Origin: an uncultured archaeon
GTDB lineage: Archaea > Asgardarchaeota > Lokiarchaeia > Sigyniarchaeales > SOKP01
Length of the DNA: 64,000 nucleotides
NCBI GenBank assembly: GCA_964583985.1
Contig: CAZOYD010000011.1
Coordinates: 1 to 64,000 of the forward strand
Reading direction: 5' to 3'
Made by a program: the position numbers and the translations under genes. The notes below the pieces were generated by a model. It searched no databases. It was not told the origin of the DNA and saw only the letters and a program-made list of their open reading frames with translations. Every line of letters begins with the position of its first letter. Within the stretch, counting starts at the first letter, position 1. This document shows positions 30,625 to 41,349 of this stretch, piece after piece.

Positions 30625-30781
30625 TTTACTTCCAATCACCTCCCTCTCATTAAAGAAAACTTAACTTTTCTAAATGATTGCTCGTTACTACCAGTTTGCA
30701 CTCCTTCTTTACTTTTAATCACCTCTCTTTCATAAATAGATAAGGTCCTATTATTTTTACTTTTAGTTACCCCTCCTATAT
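30625..30781. repeat. Three imperfect 26-nt direct repeats containing anti-SD/SD cores
   Basis: TTTACTTCCAATCACCTCCCTCTCAT (30625), TTTACTTTTAATCACCTCTCTTTCAT (30708), TTTACTTTTAGTTACCCCTCCTATAT (30756). Confidence 0.7.
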
Positions 30782-31193
30782 GAAGTAATTATTAATTTTA
30801 CAATTATGGAGGAAATTTGGATTAGGATAAGTCTATTTGCAATTCCCGAATATAAAAAAACCAAAAATGTGTATTAAAATTCCCTTTAAATGGTTTAACG
30901 AATCATAGATTGACCAAAAAATCCACTCATTCAATAAGATAAGATCAATGATTGTTCGTATATATCTCTATTTTCGCAATTTACAATAAGTTTATAAATC
31001 AGAAGTGCTATTTATGTTTAATATCTTAATTATCTAAAACTATTTTCTTATTAAGATCTAATACTATATGATAATCTATTCAGAGGAAATTTGCATAAAT
31101 AATAATAAGTGTAAATGAATATTGAGAAAATATCTTTAATTATAATTAAATATATGAAAATCCAATCCATCGCTTAAGATTAAGTACAAAATC

Positions 31194-32579
31194 ATGAAAA
31201 AGATAGAATTAGTGTTTAGGACTATAGGTGAAAGAACTTCTGATATTGCTCTTGAATTAGCTCAAAATAACATTCAACCATGGAAGACACACGTGATAAG
31301 AGATATCAAACCCTTTACAAAAGCCATGGAAGAAATAATGAAGATTGAATATGACCCTGAGACCGAATTTGTTGTTTTTGTGGATGCCGATTGCTTGATT
31401 TTTGAAGATTTAAGACCTTTTCTTGAAGAAAATGACTTAGCATATATTGACTGTTATGTCCTTGACAAATTCAGGGGTTATGTCCACATGGGAGTGCATA
31501 TTACAAGACGTGATGTGGTAGAAGAGATGAAAAAAGTCTCGCTATCAGATGAAAACTTATTATATGTTTTAAAACCGGAAACGGCTATTAGAAATGCTGC
31601 ATTTAGCAATCTAAAATTGAAGAAGAAATATAAGCGATTTAAAATATTGCACGATTTTCACCAAAATTATGAACATATTTTCATTAAGTGTGCGATTAGA
31701 GAGTTAAGAAGTAGAGAAGATTATCCTAAAGCCAAACTCCAATCTGCTATTGATAATTGGAAATATAAAGATAAAGATTTTGTTGTTGCTATTGAAGCAA
31801 TAAATTATGCAAGGAAAATGATACCCTCTGGAGAATCTTCTGTTGATATTGCAAAATTTATTGAAAATTTACCAAATGTCGCTCAATTTATGATCCAAGA
31901 TCTAGGAATTGAAGAAAAACAGCCTTTGAAAATGGAAATAGTACAAGAACTCAAAGCTGCTGCAAATATCATGGGTGTATTTGGTGATGAATCGAAAAAG
32001 GTTTTTTGTCTGGGTTTAAGCAGAACAAGCACGAAGAGTTTGACAAAAGCACTAAATATTCTCGGTATTAACGTAATCCATTATCCCGTGGATAAAATAA
32101 CTCATTTTGAATTGATTCATGGTAATTATAACTTTACAATCCTGCAAGATTATGATGGAATCTCAGACATCACTGTAGCTCCATATTATCGAGAATTAGA
32201 TCAATTGTTTTATAATAGCAAATTCATTCTAACAATCCGAGAAAAGGAAAAATGGTTGGAATCGCTTAAACGCCATTGGGAAGATAGACCTCCATACGAT
32301 GATCCTGAACAATCAGAAACACATTTAAAAATCCGTCGATTTCTCAGGGCAAGCGTGTATGGTGTGTTAACTTTCAACAAGCAGAGATTATCCAACGTGT
32401 ATGATCTTCATCATAAAAACATAATGGAATATTTTAAAGATCGACCAGATGATTTATTAGTGATAGATATTACGAAAGGTGAAGGTTGGGAAAAATTATG
32501 CCCTTTTTTTGATAAACCCAAGATAATTTCAGCATTTCCTCATGTAACTGATGAGGAAGAACTCACAGAGCTTTTATAA
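31194..32579 (+). CDS. GT-A-like domain fused to a C-terminal sulfotransferase-family domain
   Basis: N-terminal FVFVDADC-like DxD motif (VVFVDADC); C-terminal KVFCLGLSRTSTKSL, KFILTIRE..KWLES, EGWEKLCPF...FPH. Confidence 0.75.
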   Translation: MKKIELVFRTIGERTSDIALELAQNNIQPWKTHVIRDIKPFTKAMEEIMKIEYDPETEFVVFVDADCLIFEDLRPFLEENDLAYIDCYVLDKFRGYVHMGVHITRRDVVEEMKKVSLSDENLLYVLKPETAIRNAAFSNLKLKKKYKRFKILHDFHQNYEHIFIKCAIRELRSREDYPKAKLQSAIDNWKYKDKDFVVAIEAINYARKMIPSGESSVDIAKFIENLPNVAQFMIQDLGIEEKQPLKMEIVQELKAAANIMGVFGDESKKVFCLGLSRTSTKSLTKALNILGINVIHYPVDKITHFELIHGNYNFTILQDYDGISDITVAPYYRELDQLFYNSKFILTIREKEKWLESLKRHWEDRPPYDDPEQSETHLKIRRFLRASVYGVLTFNKQRLSNVYDLHHKNIMEYFKDRPDDLLVIDITKGEGWEKLCPFFDKPKIISAFPHVTDEEELTELL

Positions 32580-32586
32580 TATAATC

Positions 32587-33429
32587 ATGTTGATCTTGCA
32601 TAAAAAGGACTTAAGAGAAAAGATATGTTTCATTACTGGAGCAGCACATTCAGGTTCCACTCTGTTGGGATTAATTTTAGGAAGTCACAGTAAAACATTC
32701 TTTATGGGAGAAGCAAACAAGGTTACTTACTTTTCAGACCCAAACTTCGAACCTGAAAGAAAATATTGCCGAGTCTGCGGTAAAGAATGCAAAATTTGGA
32801 GTAAAATAGATCCAGATAAGGATAATGTATATGAACAACTGTTTAATTTAACAAAAAAATCCATTCTAATTGATTCTACAAAGAATTTGGATTGGATTAG
32901 TAGACAATTAAAAAACATAAAAAACGTCAGAATATCGTCACTTATGATTTTTCTGAAACGTGATTTAAGAGCAGTGATTAACTCAATGGCTCGTAAGTAT
33001 CCAAATAGGACTCTAGAACGCTTGATTAATGATTGGATTAATCAAATTACAGAAACGAAAAAATTTTATAATTCATTCCAAGGAAAGAAAATTGAAATCT
33101 TCTATGAGGATCTGACTCTAAATCCAGATAAGGTGATTCAAGACTTATGTCATTTTTTGGAAATTTCCTATGAACCAGGAATGAAAGAGTTTTACTACAA
33201 AGATCATCATGCAATAGGAGGAAATATTGGCACTCATTATCTACTCATTAAAGCAAGGAATTCCGAAGATAATTGGATGTTGACCGAAAGAAATGAATAC
33301 TACTATCGTGATCACCCCTTTTCAATTCAATTGGATGAGAGATGGAAAACTGAATTGGATCCTCAAGATCAAGAAAAAATAGCTTCAAAAACTAATTCCC
33401 TGTTTAAAGAATTCTCGTGGTGCTATTGA
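32587..33429 (+). CDS. Sulfotransferase-family protein
   Basis: FITGAAHSGSTLL (5'-PSB loop), LIDSTK, RDLRAVINS, YEDL..NP. Confidence 0.82.
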   Translation: MLILHKKDLREKICFITGAAHSGSTLLGLILGSHSKTFFMGEANKVTYFSDPNFEPERKYCRVCGKECKIWSKIDPDKDNVYEQLFNLTKKSILIDSTKNLDWISRQLKNIKNVRISSLMIFLKRDLRAVINSMARKYPNRTLERLINDWINQITETKKFYNSFQGKKIEIFYEDLTLNPDKVIQDLCHFLEISYEPGMKEFYYKDHHAIGGNIGTHYLLIKARNSEDNWMLTERNEYYYRDHPFSIQLDERWKTELDPQDQEKIASKTNSLFKEFSWCY

Positions 33430-33489
33430 GAATCATTATCACAATGAAATCATAAAATTATAAATATTGCAGATACTTTTTTGATAATA

Positions 33490-34662
33490 ATGAACTCAAG
33501 AGAACGAATACAAGCAGCCTTAAAATTTACTAATCCAGATAAAGTGCCTATTTTTGACATGGTTTCTGGTGATCTCATGCCACTTCCAATTGTTCATTCT
33601 AAAAAATGGAAACCAGGCTGGAATGAAGGCGAAGAAGGATTGTTTCCACACGTGAGAGGGGCATACAATTGGGATAGACCTGATTGGGCAAAGGAAAATC
33701 CGGAATGTGAAGGAAATAATTGGAAAAGAATTAAACATGAAGAGATCGATCAATGGGGATGTATTTGGAATATGAAAGGAAATGATCAAGATATGGGACA
33801 TCCCGGAAGGCCATCTCTCCCCAATTGGGATGATTTTGAGAATTATATTTCAAAATATACGCCTGATGCGACTGAAGAAACCAGGTATGAACCAGCGCTT
33901 CAACTCAGAAATATGGTGGAAAATGATAGATATTTTACTTTAAACTTGATTAGCCACGGACCATCTCAAGTTGTTGCAGCGATGCGTGGTTTTAATACTT
34001 ATCTTATAGATCATAAAAAGCACCCAAAAGAATTGAAAAGAGCATTACAAGTAGTAGCAGATTATCACGTAGATATAATGCGATATAGCAAAAAGTATGG
34101 TTTAAAAGCAGATGGTATTTGGGTTGTGGATGATTTAGGTGAACAAAAAGGTCCATTCTTTAGTGCGCGAACTTTCGAAAATTTATACGAGGATTCTTAT
34201 AGAACAATCATAAATGAAGCTCATGATTTAGATTTGGATGTCCATCTTCATTGCTGTGGTAAGATTGATCCATTGTTAGAGCCATTAATAAAATGGGGAT
34301 TAGACGCAATCGAATTAGATAGCCCACGAATGAGCGGATATAATGATTTACGACCATATCGCGGAAAGATAATGTTCTGGGGTTGCGTTAACATTCAATC
34401 TATTTATACACAAGGAACTCCAGATGAAGTAGAACGTGAAGTGTGGCACATGATGAGGAATTTGGGTACTAAAAATGGAGGATTTGGTGCTTATTTCTAT
34501 CCTACTCCACGAGATCTCAATACACCTCGGAAAAATATAAAGGCTTTTGAAAAAGGATTGCAAAAATATGGAAATTATTCTAAGATTCCAGAATCTTGGT
34601 GGGAATATCCTGTATCAGAATCCTGGGATTCCAATTTCGTCCCTTCTCTCCCTCAAAGTTAA
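33490..34662 (+). CDS. Uroporphyrinogen decarboxylase/MtaA-CmuA methyltransferase-family protein
   Basis: MNSRERI..AL....PDKVP, D.WGC.W, DDLG.Q, LHCCG, FWG.V..Q, GTPDEV. Confidence 0.82.
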   Translation: MNSRERIQAALKFTNPDKVPIFDMVSGDLMPLPIVHSKKWKPGWNEGEEGLFPHVRGAYNWDRPDWAKENPECEGNNWKRIKHEEIDQWGCIWNMKGNDQDMGHPGRPSLPNWDDFENYISKYTPDATEETRYEPALQLRNMVENDRYFTLNLISHGPSQVVAAMRGFNTYLIDHKKHPKELKRALQVVADYHVDIMRYSKKYGLKADGIWVVDDLGEQKGPFFSARTFENLYEDSYRTIINEAHDLDLDVHLHCCGKIDPLLEPLIKWGLDAIELDSPRMSGYNDLRPYRGKIMFWGCVNIQSIYTQGTPDEVEREVWHMMRNLGTKNGGFGAYFYPTPRDLNTPRKNIKAFEKGLQKYGNYSKIPESWWEYPVSESWDSNFVPSLPQS

Positions 34663-34842
34663 TAATTTTTCAATATTGTGAGGTTTAAGAATAGATAACT
34701 ATTTTTTCTAAAAAAAAATCATAATAAAAATGATCAAAAAAACACTCGTTTTCTTTTCCTAAAAATTAGGAGATGTATGTCACTAATTTTGTCGGTAGAA
34801 AGATTTAAATTCCCATTTATTATAATATGAACATAGGGCATA

Positions 34843-36180
34843 ATGAGAAATAATAAGATCTTAATCATAGTGATTTTTTCAACATTGGGGATAATCTGTT
34901 CATCCATTTTGATGGTATTGTTAAATAATTTTAATTCCTCTTGGAATTATTTTCTCACTGATGATCCAAACGAACAATATTCCACTTGTGCGATGTCTGA
35001 AAATGGTAAGTTCGTGGTGGTTGGTAGTGGTAATAACTTCCTATATTTATTCAAAGATGACATGCAAATGTCTTTATGGAGTTATAAAATGAAGGATGAT
35101 GTTGTAAGCGTGGATATTTCTGCAGATGGAAATTATATCGTTGCTTGTGATGCTGTAGGAAATGTGCTCGTGTTTACAAGACAATATCCTGTTCCGATTT
35201 GGAGCTATAAAGGATTTCAACATTCCGTAGCAAAAATATCTGCAAATGGTAAATACGTTGCCTTCTTAAATCGAGGTAACCTATATTTATATAGTAGGGA
35301 AGAAGATCTAATTCTCTGGTCATACAATTTTAATGGAATGGATTTATGCATAGATATTTCTGCTGATGGTAATGAAATTGTTACTTGTATTGATGGAATT
35401 TTATATTATTTTGAAAAATCTAGTTTTTCTCCACAATGGCAATATAAAATTGGAAATGTAATGAATGATTTGGTCATATCCCCTTCTGGAGAACTTATTG
35501 CATTAGGAGGACAAAACAATCGTGTTGATTTGTTCTCCAATACAGATCCAGTACCCATTAAGAAATATAACACTGGCTTTAATGTCCATTCAATTTCAAT
35601 TTCAGAAGAAAAATCAAGCATTGCAGTTGTATGCGCGGGGGGATGCTATTTATATAATACAAATTATGATACTTGTTTATGGAGTTATTCAATGGAACCT
35701 GATTCTTCCGAAGTAGCGCTATCTTCAGATGGTAACTTCATAGTGGGAGGAGATATGAACTATGATAAGGAACGATATTTTATTCATTGCTTAAATAAAT
35801 ACCAAAATGTTCCACTCTGGTCAATCAGAGTACAAGGAACTATAAACAAGCTTGCAATCTCTAATGATGGTGAATCCATAGGAGTTGTCACTCAAAAATA
35901 TTTTTATTTTATCGATCGTTCAAATCCAATAATTTATGATTGGTATTCATTTTTGCTTTATTTGAATTATGTGAGTCTTATTCTTTCAGTGGGATTTACA
36001 GTCGTCTCGGGATTATTGTACACGTATAATATATTAATACCTAAAAAATTAATTAAAGATATTGGGATGGATCGAAAAGAAGAATTTCAAATTACTATGA
36101 AATATTGTCCTAATTGTATGTTATCCTCAAGACAGAAAGAGCAAATTTATTGTGAATTTTGTGGTTCTAAACTTATATAA
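34843..36180 (+). CDS. Membrane-anchored WD40/PQQ-like beta-propeller with C-terminal zinc ribbon
   Basis: N-terminal TM, repeated W.Y...(V/I)DISADG.Y blades, second TM, CPNC...CEFCG. Confidence 0.82.
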   Translation: MRNNKILIIVIFSTLGIICSSILMVLLNNFNSSWNYFLTDDPNEQYSTCAMSENGKFVVVGSGNNFLYLFKDDMQMSLWSYKMKDDVVSVDISADGNYIVACDAVGNVLVFTRQYPVPIWSYKGFQHSVAKISANGKYVAFLNRGNLYLYSREEDLILWSYNFNGMDLCIDISADGNEIVTCIDGILYYFEKSSFSPQWQYKIGNVMNDLVISPSGELIALGGQNNRVDLFSNTDPVPIKKYNTGFNVHSISISEEKSSIAVVCAGGCYLYNTNYDTCLWSYSMEPDSSEVALSSDGNFIVGGDMNYDKERYFIHCLNKYQNVPLWSIRVQGTINKLAISNDGESIGVVTQKYFYFIDRSNPIIYDWYSFLLYLNYVSLILSVGFTVVSGLLYTYNILIPKKLIKDIGMDRKEEFQITMKYCPNCMLSSRQKEQIYCEFCGSKLI

Positions 36181-36244
36181 GTATTTTTTTTCTTTAGAAC
36201 TTGATTTATTATTAATTTTAAATACTTCTAAGATAATAAGAAGT

Positions 36245-38947
36245 TCAAAAAGATACTTTCCAAGATATGGGTTCAAGAGAATCTTTTCGTCCTTTAAATA
36301 TTATTGCATTGGCTTCAATTAAAGTGGCTTTAATTTTTTTTCCATTTACCTCAATTTTATTAATTGCTTCAATTTCATCTCTGGGGAGTATTAATTTAAT
36401 TTGATATTCGCCTTCTTTTTTTGGAGAGTAGCTCCCTTGATAGCAATTCAATGTCCTTTCAAAACTAATAACCGGCGACTTAATTTGGTATTCCTTTTTA
36501 GGAAACTTAGGATTCAATTCTATGCCATTTTTTGTAAATCTCAACCCTATTAGATGAAAAATGTTATATAAAGACCATGCGTGAGGATGGAGATTTAAAA
36601 CGGGGAAATCTGTCCAATTAATTCCCATTGAAAGTAATCCTTCTTGTTTGTCCTTTGGATTTTTAGTCAAATAAAATTTATCAAATAAAGTTTGCCCAGG
36701 ATATTCTGAATATGACGAATTCCACGTATCTGGTCCACTCCAAATGCCATACCATATATCAGGGTATATGGATGATTTAAGAGCAAAAGTGTTTTTCTTC
36801 CATTCATCATAAGCTAAATTACCAGAGAATTTACTTAAAGCCCATATTAAAGTACCATTGATTGATGGCCAGATTCCTGCATTAGTGGCGACTCCAGCCG
36901 TTTCTACTTGATTGTCTATTGTCTTACTAAGTATTATTGCTCCAATTGGGGAGGGTTTTCTATTTAACTCATTTATGTTCTTGATTAAAGTTTCTGCTTG
37001 AGGTAAATCCAATATTTCACTAATAAGTGCCCAAGGTTGTGGTTCCAACCATAACATGTCATTACCAACCCATCCCAGTTCCTCAGAGAGCCAGGCTCGT
37101 TTGAACCATTTTCCGTTCCAGTGATCTTTTAATGGTTTGATTAATGAAACCATAAATTCTCTAATTTCGTCTGATTTTTCTATCATTCCAATAAAGGATA
37201 GCATTTCAGAAAACTGAGAAAGAACATATATAGCCATTGCAGTGTTCAATATACTTTCTCCAACTTTTTTAACTTCGTCTTGTTTATTCTCTGGAACAAA
37301 ACCAGTTATTACCAAATCATTCCAATCACAGCTAGTAACCCTTAATAGACCGTGCTTTCCTTTTCCAATCACTTTAACAAAATAATCATAAGTTAGAAAT
37401 AGTACATCCTTTATTGTTTTTTTTTGTACTTTTCGACCATAAACGGGATACATTGAAATTTCTTCATTTATAAAATCGGAATCCCTTGTTAGGAGGATAT
37501 AATCACTAATTAGCCAAATCAACCACAATTGTAAATCACTTGGATCCCATAAGGAGGGCATTATCATTCCGTTTCCAGTGATCCCATAGGGGATTTTTCC
37601 ATCTTCTTGTATTTCTTTCAAGGTATACCTTATAATTTCTTTAACAATACGAGGCTCTATGAAGAGAAATGGCAATGCATGTTGTAATGGATCTCGAGCA
37701 GCACCTTGAAACCCAATAATGTATTGATACACGTGACCTTGAGACAGTATATGCTCGTTAAAGTAATCATCGTAAGTTAAGGCTCCTCTCAAGTAATAAT
37801 AATTCCAAAAAAGCTCTCTGTCAATCCATAAGTCCTCATTCATATCGAGTTTGATCCGGTTTTCTTTCCATTTATTGCAGGATAAATTGAAGAGATTTGG
37901 TAGATTATCTTGATATTTTTCGATTAAATCATTTAATTCAAATCCCTCGGGGACGTATCCATATGCAAAATAAATTATTTTTGAAGTCTTAGGTGGAATT
38001 TTCACCTTACGTTCTATAATTAAACAAGAGTTAAAATCACTAATTTCTTCATTAAATGCTCCGTTAAAATTAAGACCATCTGGGTTTTGATTACCTCCTT
38101 TTCCAAAGAATAAGGACCCATCATTTTGTACCGCTGTTGCCTTATCGTCTAAAGAAACCAAGAAAATTGGAGGGGGATTTTTGTCTTCAAATGAAGCTTT
38201 TTTTCTTTGGATTGGTATCCCTTTAATTCTTTCCTCAAAATTTAATTGTTCCTCCAATTTTGATGATTTTTCGTCATATTTTAGATTAACCAATCCACGA
38301 CCGTTATCTAAAACTATAGATTTATTTTTATAACTTTTTTCTAATTTTATCCGGTAATTTTTGAGTGGGTCAACTTTCTTCTCTTTAATTGCATCTAAAA
38401 CTGCTTGGAATGAAAACTGAAAATTAAAGCAGCCCCAATATTCAATCCATTTTAAATCTATAGTTTGAAGTATATTATTGTAAATTTCTATTTGAGAAAT
38501 TAAAACGGGATCATCTCCAAATGGTGCAAAAATAGTTTGATTTACTTTATAGTTTTGGTTAGAAACTCGCTTGGAAATATAACCGATACCAAATACTCGT
38601 TCAAAATTCGAGTTTTGACCATTATAATAAGTAGAAATCGAGCTCTTCCCATCAGTGAGGTAGCCAAATCCACCTGCGTATTGATTAAGCCCTGGGTCGT
38701 GGTAATTCAAATATTTTGGAGCCCCCTCATCTTGTCTTACCATAACATATCCATAATTAGAAGCTAATCCAACAATCCTGTCATTTCCTACTAGAAAAAT
38801 ATGATCGGTAGGATCTCGCCACATATCGTTCATGGGAGTAATTGCTTTAGGATCTTTGATTTGATTGCAAGTATATTTATATGCAGGCAATCCATTTTCA
38901 TCTTCAATCCATTTTCCAAAATAACCATTTCCAAATTCAGATTTCAT
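36245..38947 (-). CDS. GH94-like glycoside phosphorylase
   Basis: GAARDPLQH and catalytic-type DWND motifs, WLEPQPWA, NAGIW; 900 aa. Confidence 0.75.
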   Translation of the reverse strand: MKSEFGNGYFGKWIEDENGLPAYKYTCNQIKDPKAITPMNDMWRDPTDHIFLVGNDRIVGLASNYGYVMVRQDEGAPKYLNYHDPGLNQYAGGFGYLTDGKSSISTYYNGQNSNFERVFGIGYISKRVSNQNYKVNQTIFAPFGDDPVLISQIEIYNNILQTIDLKWIEYWGCFNFQFSFQAVLDAIKEKKVDPLKNYRIKLEKSYKNKSIVLDNGRGLVNLKYDEKSSKLEEQLNFEERIKGIPIQRKKASFEDKNPPPIFLVSLDDKATAVQNDGSLFFGKGGNQNPDGLNFNGAFNEEISDFNSCLIIERKVKIPPKTSKIIYFAYGYVPEGFELNDLIEKYQDNLPNLFNLSCNKWKENRIKLDMNEDLWIDRELFWNYYYLRGALTYDDYFNEHILSQGHVYQYIIGFQGAARDPLQHALPFLFIEPRIVKEIIRYTLKEIQEDGKIPYGITGNGMIMPSLWDPSDLQLWLIWLISDYILLTRDSDFINEEISMYPVYGRKVQKKTIKDVLFLTYDYFVKVIGKGKHGLLRVTSCDWNDLVITGFVPENKQDEVKKVGESILNTAMAIYVLSQFSEMLSFIGMIEKSDEIREFMVSLIKPLKDHWNGKWFKRAWLSEELGWVGNDMLWLEPQPWALISEILDLPQAETLIKNINELNRKPSPIGAIILSKTIDNQVETAGVATNAGIWPSINGTLIWALSKFSGNLAYDEWKKNTFALKSSIYPDIWYGIWSGPDTWNSSYSEYPGQTLFDKFYLTKNPKDKQEGLLSMGINWTDFPVLNLHPHAWSLYNIFHLIGLRFTKNGIELNPKFPKKEYQIKSPVISFERTLNCYQGSYSPKKEGEYQIKLILPRDEIEAINKIEVNGKKIKATLIEANAIIFKGRKDSLEPISWKVSF

Positions 38948-39001
38948 CTAATAATTACCTTACTTTCACAATTTAAATTTAGAATTCAATTAATATAAAA
39001 T

Positions 39002-39703
39002 TTATAAGAGAGGTAATAAATCCTTTAATTCCCCTTGATATGTTGGTGTTGGAGTAGTGGACTCTAAATTTGTATTATTACTTGGAACCAAGAATGTCTC
39101 GCATCCAAATTTACTTGCCACCATGTCTTTATTTTCATCTCCTACCATCAAGCATTCACTTGGTTTAACACCTAACATGTTAAAGATCTGGGTAAAGTAA
39201 ATCTTATTTGGTTTATTAGCTCGCATATTTTCAATGGTAGTTATAAATTTGTAATTGAAATCACCTACACCTGCCCAGTCAAGCCTTTGTTGGATTGCGG
39301 TTAGGGGAATCACTGGTGTTGTAGCAATTACCACATCATACCCGCTCTCAAAAGCTTTGGAAACTACTGATCGAGCATCTTGTTTAATTTTTGTATAGAT
39401 TTTTAATTTAATAAATTCAGTATTATAAAAATCATCAAAAAGGTAATCTACTTCTTCTCTTGAATGACCATTGAGAGGAAAAAAAATATGCTCAAAAATT
39501 TCCTCATTTGTCATCTTGCCATCATTTTGATCAATTTGATTTGAAGCTTCTAGTAATAATGATATAAATTTACTTGGACGAATAAGGTGCTTGAATTTTT
39601 CTGAAAGAAGTTCCATATAGCTAGGAATAAATCCTTTTAAATCAACATCAATAAGCGTTCCATCAAGATCAAACAAAATAGCTTTAATTTTTTTTAGAGT
39701 CAT
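39002..39703 (-). CDS. HAD-superfamily hydrolase
   Basis: FDLDGTL, KP, MVGD...D; ATG 39703. Confidence 0.9.
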   Translation of the reverse strand: MTLKKIKAILFDLDGTLIDVDLKGFIPSYMELLSEKFKHLIRPSKFISLLLEASNQIDQNDGKMTNEEIFEHIFFPLNGHSREEVDYLFDDFYNTEFIKLKIYTKIKQDARSVVSKAFESGYDVVIATTPVIPLTAIQQRLDWAGVGDFNYKFITTIENMRANKPNKIYFTQIFNMLGVKPSECLMVGDENKDMVASKFGCETFLVPSNNTNLESTTPTPTYQGELKDLLPLL

Positions 39704-39757
39704 ATATTTTATCCTTTTAATTATTTTATAACATAACTTCAATAAGAGAATATATTT

Positions 39758-41281
39758 TTAGATTTCCTTCAATAACTTCAAGATAGCTTTTCGTGTTCCT
39801 GCAACCACTCCTGCTACGCCACCACCAGATTCACTCTGTGCTCCAATATACCATAAACTTTGAATGGGGGTAAGATGCTGGGGATTTTGCTGATTCATAA
39901 TTGGGGCTAATCCTCCAAAACTATGTCGTTCAACGAATATGCGAGCTTTAAAGTCTAATGGAGTCATGATCACCTTTGTTTTAGCGTGTTCCCGAAGACC
40001 GGGAATTATTTTTTCAGCTTCTACGAGTAGTTTATCTGCAAGTTCTTCTCTGCGCGAAGCCCAATCGCCCTTGTAGAGCTCAAAAGGTGCAATGGTATAA
40101 ATAGTTATCGCATGATGATCTTGCGGAGCCATTGTGGGAGAATGCAATGAAGGAATATATATTAAAAAACCTTCTCTTCCCTCATGATAATCACCTGACC
40201 TACACCGATTGACTGCTCCTTCGATATCATAAGTCCCATAGTAATAGCATAAAGCTGCGCGTTGGTAAGGAGTTGGATCAAAATCAATACCTAAATGGAC
40301 CATCAATACAGATTCCATGTGAACTAAATTATCAACTCTTTCTACAAATTCGGAAGGTAAATTTTCCTTCCCAACTAAATTAAAAAAAGTCTTGTGAGCT
40401 CCACCACTAGCAATTACTATATCAGCTAATAATTCTTCTCCATTTTTAAGTTTAATTCCAATAGCTTTATTACGTTCTATTAAAATTTTTTCAACTAAGC
40501 TATTTGTATGAATTTCTCCACCACATTCTTTAACATAATTCGCAAAAGCACTTACTAATTGCTCGCAACCATTTTGGATGTAATGATATACAGGTAACTT
40601 TCCACCCTTAATTTCAAGTGGTATGCGCTTGTCAAACGCCGTTTCAACATTTGAAACAGGTACTCCTAGTCCTGGAAACTCACTTGGTTTTACCACAAAA
40701 TCTGCAAGGATTCCCATAAAAACTGCTTTTAATTTTGGATCCCTAAAAAAAGAATCCATTATTTCAGAAGCACTCTTATCAATATATTTCTTTATTTTCA
40801 TAAATTTTGGGAAGATCTTTATTTTCAACCAAATGGATTTTAAACCTGTTGTCCATTCTAACTGATTGCTAATAGCCATAAGTGTCATTACTTGATCATA
40901 GTAGCGATAATATCTATCTAATCCTTCACTTTCAGATGGAAATAGTTCTTTGAAGTATTCTCTTCGCCAGTACTTCCCTTTATACTCTTTTGGTTTCCAT
41001 ATCGCAAAATCTGGAAGTACTTGACCTCGATCTTCATTGATGATGCTTACTCCGTCAGAGATTCCTAATTCAGATAAAATTTTTCCCACTTTTTCGTGAG
41101 GTGCTAATCCTTCCAATAAGAGAGGTCCAATATCCCATGAATATCCATCTTTATGAATTGTAGCAGTAACCCCTCCAATTTCTGAATACTGTTCATATAT
41201 TATTACATCATGACCTTCTCGACACATATAGGAAGCGGCAGTCAGACCAGCTAAGCCGGAACCAATAACAATTACTTTCAT
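39758..41281 (-). CDS. Phytoene desaturase/CrtI-like FAD oxidoreductase
   Basis: IGSGLAGL, E....GG, GY.WD.G, YIPSLHSP.MAP, TPI.SLWYIGAQSESGGGV. Confidence 0.82.
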   Translation of the reverse strand: MKVIVIGSGLAGLTAASYMCREGHDVIIYEQYSEIGGVTATIHKDGYSWDIGPLLLEGLAPHEKVGKILSELGISDGVSIINEDRGQVLPDFAIWKPKEYKGKYWRREYFKELFPSESEGLDRYYRYYDQVMTLMAISNQLEWTTGLKSIWLKIKIFPKFMKIKKYIDKSASEIMDSFFRDPKLKAVFMGILADFVVKPSEFPGLGVPVSNVETAFDKRIPLEIKGGKLPVYHYIQNGCEQLVSAFANYVKECGGEIHTNSLVEKILIERNKAIGIKLKNGEELLADIVIASGGAHKTFFNLVGKENLPSEFVERVDNLVHMESVLMVHLGIDFDPTPYQRAALCYYYGTYDIEGAVNRCRSGDYHEGREGFLIYIPSLHSPTMAPQDHHAITIYTIAPFELYKGDWASRREELADKLLVEAEKIIPGLREHAKTKVIMTPLDFKARIFVERHSFGGLAPIMNQQNPQHLTPIQSLWYIGAQSESGGGVAGVVAGTRKAILKLLKEI

Positions 41282-41349
41282 AATTATTAGAATAAAAAAA
41301 TTTTAAGATTCAAAAAGTTTAATGGAATTAAAATATTTTTAAAATCGAT

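Noticed and set aside
30625-30781. CRISPR array
   Set aside because: Only three degenerate copies, unequal spacers (57 and 22 nt), and no cas genes in the window
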